Under the pieces are notes generated by a model. It searched no databases. It was not told where the DNA came from and was given only the letters and a program-made list of their open reading frames with translations. A DNA stretch of 64,000 nucleotides. Origin: a virus. The DNA lies in the IMG/VR virus record IMGVR_UViG_3300000052_000003; one strand, written 5' to 3'. Made by a program: the position numbers and the translations under genes. Positions 56,381 through 64,000 of this stretch are shown here, in pieces (within the stretch, counting starts at the first letter, position 1; the number at the start of each line of letters is the position of its first letter).

Positions 56381-58741
56381 CTAATTTAATTTAGCTTTTA
56401 GTTCTTCAATTTCTTTTTCAAGTCTAGCTATTTTAGCCGTATGCACTTCGCGGTAAGAAAGATTTAATAATCCATTTTCTCCAGTTGTAACTGCGCTAGG
56501 TAGAATAGGCTTTACGTCTTGCGCAAAATAACCTAGCTCCTCTACTCCATTCTTTAAATATAACTTAGGAGTTATAGTCTCTATACCTTTAGCCTGGTAG
56601 TTATCTTCGATTAAAGTTTTAATAGTCTTGTCAGAAGATTCAAAAAAAGCGGTAGCGGTTACTGTGTTGTTAAACGTAGCTGCCCCGTTAGGATAATAAA
56701 ATTTAACCGCGGCTAAAGTATCAGCCATTCTTATTTCTAAATCGTCTCCTCTAGTTCTTAATCTCCAGTTATAATTTGAAGAACTTCCAATTATTATTTG
56801 TCTATCCGTACCAGTAACAAGTGATAAATTAGCACTTATAGAAACGTCTCCAGTAAAGTTAGCAGTTGTAGAGGTCAAACCACTACTAAATCTTCCGCTC
56901 CCATTAACATCTAGTTTAAATCCAGCGTCTGTAGTGCCATTTCCTACAATTAAATTACCTCCATTTGTTAGATGTAATTTTTCTGTAGTAGTTCCATTTG
57001 TAAAAAAAGAAATTCCATAAGCACCATCTGTAGCAAAACCTAGATTATTTTCTGTAGTTCCTTTCCATGTTCCCGATCGAATAAAATATCCTAAAACACC
57101 ATCTGTATTTGTATTTAATCTAAAAACTCCACTAGATAAAGCTCTAAATGAATCGCCAGAAATGACTGCATTTGAAAACGTGGCTACTCCTGTGGAGGCA
57201 ATGACAAATTGATTAGTACCAGCTGACTGAAAACTAAAACCATTACCATTTCTATTATCAAGAACAAAAGAAGATCCAGCATCGTAAAGCCTAGTATAAA
57301 TTCCATTATCCGTACGATAAAATCTTAATTCATTACCGCTTAAAATTGAATTATTTGCCCCTTGTAAAGTTAAGGTGCTTGTAATTCTAACCGTACCCGT
57401 TACGTCTAATTTGAAAGAGCCTGGAGCTTGTCCGATTCCGACATTAGTTCCGTCATCCCAAATCTGAGCGACGCTTAAATCAGAGCTACTAATCCATCTT
57501 GCTAATCTAGAAGAAGAACCAGAGCCAGCTACATAAGTTCCGATAGGTTGGTATTGTGCCGCTGCGCTAGACGTAGTCAAATAAGTACTTGAATCTACGG
57601 AGCCATCCGCTTTCAAGAATTGTCCAGAAGTACCACTAGATTTAACAAAAGAGCTAGCAGTAACAGAGCTAGAAAAAGTAGCCGCGCCAGTTACTCGAAG
57701 AGTTCCAGTAACGTCTAGTTTAAACGCTCCAGGTGCTTGACCTATTCCTATGTTTGTGCCATCGTCCCATATTTGAGCGACGCTTAAATTAGAAGTGCTA
57801 GTCCATCTTCCCAAGCGCGAAGACTCGCCAGATCCAGTCATATAAGAGCCTAAAGGCTGGTACTGAGCGGCGGCGCTTGCAGTCGTTAAATAAGTGCTAG
57901 AGTCTACGCTTCCGTCTGCCTTTAAAAATTGGCTAGAAGTACCGCTTGTTTTTACAAAAGAAGTAGCAGTAACGCTATTCGAAAAAGTTGCAGCGCCATT
58001 AGGATAATATATTTTTAAAGCCGTAAAAGCATCCGCCCCTCCTATTATTTCAAAATCATTATCATATGCTCTTAATTTATAATAATAACTAGCTGCACTT
58101 CCTATTTGAATATATTTATTAGAGCCAGTATCTAGAGTTAAATTACCGGTTAAAGTACCGCCACCTATTGGTAAATAAAGTCCAGCATGATTACCCCAGC
58201 CGTAGGCAGTATTCCAGTTTGCAGAATTGTTAGTAATTGAAGTACCCCAAGCCGTACCCGTAGAGATTGGAATACCAGCCCCAGGGTAAACCATTGAATC
58301 AACAGACCAGCTACGGTCTGCGCTTAAATCGTAAGCCGTCCCGTTAATTGTTAAAGTCCTAGAAGTGCTTACCTTATTATTAAAAGTACTCCAGTCTGTC
58401 GAGGTTAAATATCCGTTCTGTGAGCTTGTCGCCGCCGGAATACTAAATACTCCAGTCCCACTATTATAAGCTAAAGGAGACGAAGAAGAAAGCGCAGCTC
58501 TCGCCCTGGTATCTGTAAACCATTTATTTGTAGGACTAGCCAGCTCCTGGATGTCGTCAGTGTCTAAAACTACGACGCCCACCAAACCGTTTACTGAAGC
58601 TACCGCTGAACCGATAACCGCTCCAAGAGATGAAACCGTGGTCTTGAATAGCTGACCAGTTGAAGGATCAGCAATAGGTAGTAAATCAGTCGTAAGGACT
58701 GAGGGCTTGCTGGTTAATTGACTTACTTTTTTATTTGCCAT
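56381..58741 (-). CDS. Tail fibre, copy 2
   Basis: Copy of 24093-26453. Confidence 0.9.
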   Translation of the reverse strand: MANKKVSQLTSKPSVLTTDLLPIADPSTGQLFKTTVSSLGAVIGSAVASVNGLVGVVVLDTDDIQELASPTNKWFTDTRARAALSSSSPLAYNSGTGVFSIPAATSSQNGYLTSTDWSTFNNKVSTSRTLTINGTAYDLSADRSWSVDSMVYPGAGIPISTGTAWGTSITNNSANWNTAYGWGNHAGLYLPIGGGTLTGNLTLDTGSNKYIQIGSAASYYYKLRAYDNDFEIIGGADAFTALKIYYPNGAATFSNSVTATSFVKTSGTSSQFLKADGSVDSSTYLTTASAAAQYQPLGSYMTGSGESSRLGRWTSTSNLSVAQIWDDGTNIGIGQAPGAFKLDVTGTLRVTGAATFSSSVTASSFVKSSGTSGQFLKADGSVDSSTYLTTSSAAAQYQPIGTYVAGSGSSSRLARWISSSDLSVAQIWDDGTNVGIGQAPGSFKLDVTGTVRITSTLTLQGANNSILSGNELRFYRTDNGIYTRLYDAGSSFVLDNRNGNGFSFQSAGTNQFVIASTGVATFSNAVISGDSFRALSSGVFRLNTNTDGVLGYFIRSGTWKGTTENNLGFATDGAYGISFFTNGTTTEKLHLTNGGNLIVGNGTTDAGFKLDVNGSGRFSSGLTSTTANFTGDVSISANLSLVTGTDRQIIIGSSSNYNWRLRTRGDDLEIRMADTLAAVKFYYPNGAATFNNTVTATAFFESSDKTIKTLIEDNYQAKGIETITPKLYLKNGVEELGYFAQDVKPILPSAVTTGENGLLNLSYREVHTAKIARLEKEIEELKAKLN

Positions 58742-59199
58742 TAGTTAGGATAATTGAAATCGGTTGGAACTTGACATCTGTCTGATAACATCGGGAAGGA
58801 AACGGTTACGTCTGCCTTTACTCCTGCTAAATAATCTTCTTCTTTCTCTGTAAAAAACTCCATTGAAACCTGATCACCTATCTCCCAGTCAAATTTAGGA
58901 TATCTCATCATGGAGATAATATCTTGGGCAATTAATAACTGATCTGAAAGGACCTCATTTTCATTTGACTCATCTTGTAATTGACGATCCAGGAAGAAAA
59001 AAGAGAAATCCAGGTTTAATGATTTACCAGAAATCGAAGATCCAGTCAATGAATAGAACATGGCTGGATAAACATTATCCGCTTGACTTAAAAACTCCCA
59101 TACATCACCAAAATAAACCGTGTTTATTTGCTCATGTGCTAAGCCTAAATCACTTATTAATTGGATTGTTTGATTTAATGTCAGTTGCTTGATTGCCAT
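58741..59199 (-). CDS. Putative tail terminator, copy 2
   Basis: Copy of 26453-26911. Confidence 0.55.
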   Translation of the reverse strand: MAIKQLTLNQTIQLISDLGLAHEQINTVYFGDVWEFLSQADNVYPAMFYSLTGSSISGKSLNLDFSFFFLDRQLQDESNENEVLSDQLLIAQDIISMMRYPKFDWEIGDQVSMEFFTEKEEDYLAGVKADVTVSFPMLSDRCQVPTDFNYPN

Positions 59200-59274
59200 T
59201 TGTTTGGGTAGCCAGGTAAACCTGGAGCTTTTTTATATTTTTTGTGCTATATGCTTTAGGCATCTTTTTATTTT

Positions 59275-59856
59275 TTAGCAGAGACCATTCTCGCCCTGGT
59301 ATCTTTCTTCAAAGCTCATCGGTGTACAAGATGAATCATCACCTAACCAGATCGAAGCCTTATAAGCGTCGCGTTCTGGCTTGATAATATCGACACCGGT
59401 GCCATAGTTCACGTATTCCTGGAACTTATCAGATGTAGAAGATACTTGCTTTAGGTGCTTTATCAATCTCTCTGTATAAAACTCAGCTCGTGTACGATAT
59501 CTGTTAGCGACATCAATAAGATCCTGCATATTTGGAGTATCTGTGTTGTCGCTTGTCTTTCTGATTAATCCTTTATTGTAAAATTGATAAGACAATCCTA
59601 CTGGAAGCTCGGAAAGCGTGTAATAAACTAGCGCATTTGTGATAAAATTATCTAATAAGTCCACCTCGTCAGCGGTTAGATTATTATTATCAATCCCATC
59701 CTGCAAGCGATCATATAAAGCAGATCCCAAAGATGGCAAAATATACATGTCTTGAGCCGTCAAGATTTCTGGAAGGATCAATTTGTCATCGACATTCGAA
59801 TGAAGCGCTGATCTTTCCTTGATCGTGTTTACGTTTATAAAGCAGATATTTTTCAT
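59275..59856 (-). CDS. Putative head-tail adaptor, copy 2
   Basis: Copy of 26987-27568. Confidence 0.6.
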   Translation of the reverse strand: MKNICFINVNTIKERSALHSNVDDKLILPEILTAQDMYILPSLGSALYDRLQDGIDNNNLTADEVDLLDNFITNALVYYTLSELPVGLSYQFYNKGLIRKTSDNTDTPNMQDLIDVANRYRTRAEFYTERLIKHLKQVSSTSDKFQEYVNYGTGVDIIKPERDAYKASIWLGDDSSCTPMSFEERYQGENGLC

Positions 59857-59859
59857 TCC

Positions 59860-61833
59860 TTAGTCTTTTTTTATTACCACTTGAGAAGCCCAGACGTGAC
59901 GGCAAGAAGGAGAGTGTTCTCCGTCTGGCATTGTCCACCAGCCACCGCGACGATCAAATACTGAATAACCTAGGCGCAAGCTGATCGCTTCGATTTCTGC
60001 TCTGGTGTATAGCTTATCTAATTGCATCAAGCGCGCACAGAATTGTCTGCTTGGATGCGCTGCTGAGTTTCTCTGTCCTGCTGGTATCGATGATCTCCAC
60101 TCGTAAGAATAACGGACCATAAAGCTACGCGTCGATGGCTTGGTGTCAGTGATCTCAGATAGGGGAGATGTTAAAATTCTCTCGACGTTTCCCCTTACAT
60201 TTGTGGACTTGATCAAACCGCGCTCCTCTAAGGAGTCCATGATTTTATTTATGATCCCTAGATCCGTTTTGATCGTCCCAGCTATAATCTCAGGAGTGAT
60301 TCTTTTGTCCTTCTGGATGAGATCCAATACATTCGCCTCTAGACGCGTTAATTCTTGCGTAGCAAAGTCTAAATTCATCGCCTCCTCTAAGTCATTAGGC
60401 AAAGCAGAGAACGTGTCTCTAGTGCGAAATATGGAGTAATTACTTTTAGACTCTCCGAACTGATCAAATATCGAGATTACATCATCTTCGCTGAATCGTA
60501 AATTAGTAGAAGCTGGAGCTCCTTCTAATTCAGATCCACCTTGCTCAGCTATTAAGCCTACCAAAGCGCGGACCTCATTTGGAGTCATTGACTCAAGTAC
60601 TTTATTTGCTACTAATGGCGATAAGCTATTGATTGCATCGATCACATCCTGAGAAGTTCCAGAAGTTTTCGGTTCTAATTTAGGAGCTCCAAGTTTTTCG
60701 CGGATCTCGTCTTTAGTTAAGTTCTGCGCGATCGTAGTTTCAGAGAACTCCATACCAATCGGCTCGACTGGAATTATTTGTAGCCCATTGATAGCACCGC
60801 GTAATTTGGCAAGTAAACTGAATACTTGTTCTTGATATATTTGCTTATCATTTACATAAGTGTTTTTAAATATCTCGTAAGAATCGCGCATTTGCTGGCG
60901 TGATCCTAATTGCCCAGGTGTAGCAATACCGAATAAATCTGGAGACGTGATCTGGTGACCAGCGTACACGTTTTTCTCAATGATTTTATCTACGTTTGCG
61001 AAATCCTCCTTTGTAATATCAGAAGCTCCTAGATCCTCAATGATTGGCTTTCTAGAAGCATCGTTCACAAAGGAAAGAATGAACTTTTTTCCGTCGGATC
61101 CTGAGAAACGATCTGTAAATTTACGCTCTACTATTCTCTTCTCTTCATCTTGAGGCTCACCGTTAGGAAGAGTGATCAATTTTGAAGCACTAAATCCGGT
61201 CTGAGCATTGCCTAAAACGTGCTTAGAAACCTCGATATCTGACTCGATATAGTTTAAAGCACCAATATAACCAGGTAAAGAGTAAGCCGAAAGGTTAGGA
61301 CGGTACTCTTTTAGATACAAAATCTGGGTTCCTTGAGGCAATTTGTCGTTAAAAGCGTTGTAAATAGAGCGCTTATACTTACTATCTTGCCAGTTTTCAG
61401 AGTACCAGAACTGGGTATTATCGTCATTTGTCCGGACCTTAGTATAGTCTAAGTGATAAATCTCCGAAACTTGACCAGCTATCTGGCTCCAGATTACTTG
61501 AAGATAAGCACCTCCAAACAATTCGACGTCAGTAGATACTTTTTTTAAGATATCATTTAATGATTCGAAAGGGTTTGGCTTCTCAATAAACTCCTGAGCG
61601 ATCTGATCGTTTTCATCTACTGGTTTAAAGCCATTACCAGTGATATAATTTACCTTGCTTTTAATAATCGCGTTATGCTTAGCTGATTTAGTAAACAAAT
61701 CGACCAAGTAATTAGGGTAGTCGTTCTTTTTTCCGAACTCAATATATCCGCCGTTCTCTCCTTTTTTCTCAGAGTATTCTGGCTGCCTTGCTTCAGCAAA
61801 GGTAAGGACATTTAAAAAGTTTGTATTGCTCAT
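59860..61833 (-). CDS. Portal-wHTH-MuF-like fusion, copy 2
   Basis: Copy of 27572-29545. Confidence 0.85.
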   Translation of the reverse strand: MSNTNFLNVLTFAEARQPEYSEKKGENGGYIEFGKKNDYPNYLVDLFTKSAKHNAIIKSKVNYITGNGFKPVDENDQIAQEFIEKPNPFESLNDILKKVSTDVELFGGAYLQVIWSQIAGQVSEIYHLDYTKVRTNDDNTQFWYSENWQDSKYKRSIYNAFNDKLPQGTQILYLKEYRPNLSAYSLPGYIGALNYIESDIEVSKHVLGNAQTGFSASKLITLPNGEPQDEEKRIVERKFTDRFSGSDGKKFILSFVNDASRKPIIEDLGASDITKEDFANVDKIIEKNVYAGHQITSPDLFGIATPGQLGSRQQMRDSYEIFKNTYVNDKQIYQEQVFSLLAKLRGAINGLQIIPVEPIGMEFSETTIAQNLTKDEIREKLGAPKLEPKTSGTSQDVIDAINSLSPLVANKVLESMTPNEVRALVGLIAEQGGSELEGAPASTNLRFSEDDVISIFDQFGESKSNYSIFRTRDTFSALPNDLEEAMNLDFATQELTRLEANVLDLIQKDKRITPEIIAGTIKTDLGIINKIMDSLEERGLIKSTNVRGNVERILTSPLSEITDTKPSTRSFMVRYSYEWRSSIPAGQRNSAAHPSRQFCARLMQLDKLYTRAEIEAISLRLGYSVFDRRGGWWTMPDGEHSPSCRHVWASQVVIKKD

Positions 61834-62216
61834 ATATCGCGCACTTTATAAGTGTTGTTCGTTTGGTTGTATGTGGTGAATTCAAATTCAGTTGAATTCT
61901 TTAATGACATTTGTCCAGATTCTACCAGGCCAGAAGCTAGCGCTGGATTTAAATTGCTTGTAGATGCTTGCTGATAAATTGAGTAATTAAACTCTCCGCT
62001 TGTTACATTAGCAAAGTGATTATTAACTACTATATTAAAAGCATTGAAGCGATCTTTATAGGCAGATAGATCACTGGATCCTAGGACCACAAAAGCGACG
62101 CTTAGATCAGTAACTCTGGAAGTGAAATAGAATAGGAAATTTGCACCCGTTAGGGTTTGCTTTTCCTTTAGAGTTAAAATAACTTTTTCGGTCTGTCCTT
62201 TAGTCAAGTGAATCAT
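61830..62216 (-). CDS. Hypothetical structural protein, copy 2
   Basis: Copy of 29542-29928. Confidence 0.65.
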   Translation of the reverse strand: MIHLTKGQTEKVILTLKEKQTLTGANFLFYFTSRVTDLSVAFVVLGSSDLSAYKDRFNAFNIVVNNHFANVTSGEFNYSIYQQASTSNLNPALASGLVESGQMSLKNSTEFEFTTYNQTNNTYKVRDI

Positions 62217-62308
62217 CGAGATTAAATAGCAAAGGATTAATTATTTTATTAAACAAAAAAAAGAGGAGGCTCTCGCCCCCTCCCCCGTCTAACCAAACGA
62301 CTATCTTA

Positions 62309-62821
62309 TTAGGTTGTTAAACCTGCAATGACGCTAGATTGAACTTCTGGAGCCATTGCTTTTTCAGATGCTGAGAAAGTTAATGTATAACCAGAGCGAT
62401 CTCCGTTAGCCGTACCGGTTGCACCGTTACCGCCTGACATATTGATCCCAGACACCTTGCCTAAATACCAATACTTCCCGTTATTATCGCCTACTACTGC
62501 GACTAAAGTGTTTTGAGCTAATAAAAGAATTTCATTTCTTGTATTTGCTTGTAATTTATTAAGAATGATAGACAATTCTTGAGCGTAGAATACGGTCCCG
62601 TTTTGCACGTTAGCGTTGATGTTCTCAGTTAAAGAAGAAGTTCCAGGAACTAATTCATATTTTCTGAAAACCTTACCGCTTGCCTTAGTGATTGCAGTAA
62701 TTACACCGCTTGCCTCAGTCGTGCTAGATACGTTACCTTTTTCAATGAAATACACTTCCGTGATTCCGCCTAATGAATCTCTGCAATCTAAGGAATACCC
62801 TTGAGTTAATGCGCAAGCCAT
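62309..62821 (-). CDS. Major tail protein, copy 2
   Basis: Copy of 30021-30533. Confidence 0.75.
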   Translation of the reverse strand: MACALTQGYSLDCRDSLGGITEVYFIEKGNVSSTTEASGVITAITKASGKVFRKYELVPGTSSLTENINANVQNGTVFYAQELSIILNKLQANTRNEILLLAQNTLVAVVGDNNGKYWYLGKVSGINMSGGNGATGTANGDRSGYTLTFSASEKAMAPEVQSSVIAGLTT

Positions 62822-62893
62822 TATTTTAAATTTAAAAGGTTAAAATTAGGGGAGTCCTATCCAAAGGAATCTCCCCAAACTTATTTGTAAGAA

Positions 62894-63856
62894 TTAAGCT
62901 AAGATAAAATCAACCATCTCAGCAGGGAAAGCGATCTGAACGCCAGCCTTGAACTCAGCTACGAAACGAACTTGATCCGCTTCTTTAGCGAAGAACAATT
63001 CGAAACGCTCTTGCTCATCTAATAAGTCAGTTCCAAAGAACATGTTAGAAACGCGACCACCGTAGATCTTAGAAGTACCGTTCAAACCTTGAACTGCTAC
63101 TACTTTTACCGTAGTACCTGGAAGCATTAACTCAGAATCTGCCTTGCCATCAAAATTGTAAGCGAATAAGTTCGCGTTCTTTAATGCGATTGTGTAAGTA
63201 CGGAATACATCCATTCCTACGAAGATAGTCACATCATCCTTAGCTACGATCTCAGCAGGTAAAGCCTTGTAAACTGCGTCGATTACGTTGATCACGTTTG
63301 AAGTAGTGATACCAGCTGAAGCAGCTAATGGAGTACCGTAAAAAGTAGTCGTGTTAGCGTGGATTACTGAAGCAGAAGCAGCAGCTACTAACTTAGCGAA
63401 ACCGTCGAACTTGTTTAAGTTTCCGTTTGCTGAAGCAGTGTCTCCTTGCCAAGAAGCGATCTCTAATTGAGCAGCGATCTTGTCAGCCTTACGTTGTGAG
63501 TACTCAGCAGCGAATACGATTGAATCGTAAGAAGAACCAGCAGGTAAAGCCTTCTGTAAATACTTAGATTCTAAATCTTTCGGGCAAAGTTCCTCGTTTA
63601 CCTTAATCTTTCCTACCGTTAAAGTACGTTGTGTGAAAGTAGTTGTACCTGAAGCGTTGAAACCGCAAGATGAACCATCTTGGAAGAACGCGTCAGTGTC
63701 CATGATATTAACCGTTTCAGCAGACTTAACGCCTAACATCACGTTTCCTTGATCCTTGATCAAAGAGATTGTTTTTGCACCTAATACAGATGAAGCTACT
63801 AATTGGGTAGCGTTCTCTTCTGTATAGTTAGCTAATGAAGATACTACAAATGCCAT
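62894..63856 (-). CDS. Major capsid protein, copy 2
   Basis: Copy of 30606-31568. Confidence 0.9.
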   Translation of the reverse strand: MAFVVSSLANYTEENATQLVASSVLGAKTISLIKDQGNVMLGVKSAETVNIMDTDAFFQDGSSCGFNASGTTTFTQRTLTVGKIKVNEELCPKDLESKYLQKALPAGSSYDSIVFAAEYSQRKADKIAAQLEIASWQGDTASANGNLNKFDGFAKLVAAASASVIHANTTTFYGTPLAASAGITTSNVINVIDAVYKALPAEIVAKDDVTIFVGMDVFRTYTIALKNANLFAYNFDGKADSELMLPGTTVKVVAVQGLNGTSKIYGGRVSNMFFGTDLLDEQERFELFFAKEADQVRFVAEFKAGVQIAFPAEMVDFILA

Positions 63857-63876
63857 CTTTTTTCTTTTTTAAATTG

Positions 63877-64000
63877 TTATTTTAAATTTTTTACTTTGTT
63901 TAAAAATCTCTCGATTTTCTCGTCTCTTTTCTCAGATTGAGAGAAAGAATTTTTTGGTGCCTGGATAGGACTAGCGCCTGGAGTTGAAGCTAAACCTAAA
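63877..64000 (-). CDS. Scaffold protein, copy 2 (3' end only, cut by the window edge)
   Basis: Matches 31589-31712. Confidence 0.8.
   Translation of the reverse strand, partial: LGLASTPGASPIQAPKNSFSQSEKRDEKIERFLNKVKNLK

Larger units (their letters stand above)
32289..64000. repeat. Second, incomplete direct copy of the 32,288-bp genome unit
   Basis: All ORF-track entries recur at +32,288 with identical translations; copy ends inside the scaffold gene. Confidence 0.97.

Noticed and set aside
1-64000. tRNA, rRNA, IS elements, alternative genetic code
   Set aside because: No cloverleaf or rRNA-like segment or transposase seen; standard-code ORFs tile the genome densely without premature stops.

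Overview
The window holds 1.98 tandem copies of one 32,288-bp unit (1-32288, then 32289-64000). Every ORF-track translation recurs unchanged at +32,288, so this is most likely a complete circular or circularly permuted tailed-phage genome written out twice. It encodes a long-tailed (siphovirus-like) morphogenesis set: terminase, portal, prohead protease, scaffold, capsid, tail tube, tape measure, frameshifting tail chaperone and tail fibre. It also has a lysis module, an initiator-DnaB-RusA replication module with iterons, a sigma-like protein and small early genes. No integrase, repressor, tRNA or CRISPR was recognised. TAnnTTTG promoters and A-rich, SD-less start regions point to a Bacteroidota host (inference). 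Four highlights. (1) The prohead protease is fused through a GGPGSGR linker to a RelA/SpoT-type, Apk/Tas1-like alarmone synthetase. It is followed by a 74-aa candidate immunity gene and faced by a convergent HD-domain alarmone hydrolase in a separately promoted opposite-strand cassette, and this block sits between the protease and scaffold genes. (2) A candidate ~70-nt antisense sRNA has a hairpin loop complementary to an ACATCTAA(AC) motif found just upstream of about eight early/middle start codons. (3) A two-hairpin leader with perfectly complementary loops (kissing loop or attenuator) lies in front of the replication initiator. (4) The portal carries a winged-helix and a MuF-like extension. 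All functional calls come from motifs recognised by eye; no database searches were run. Coordinates refer to copy 1 unless stated; add 32,288 for copy 2.
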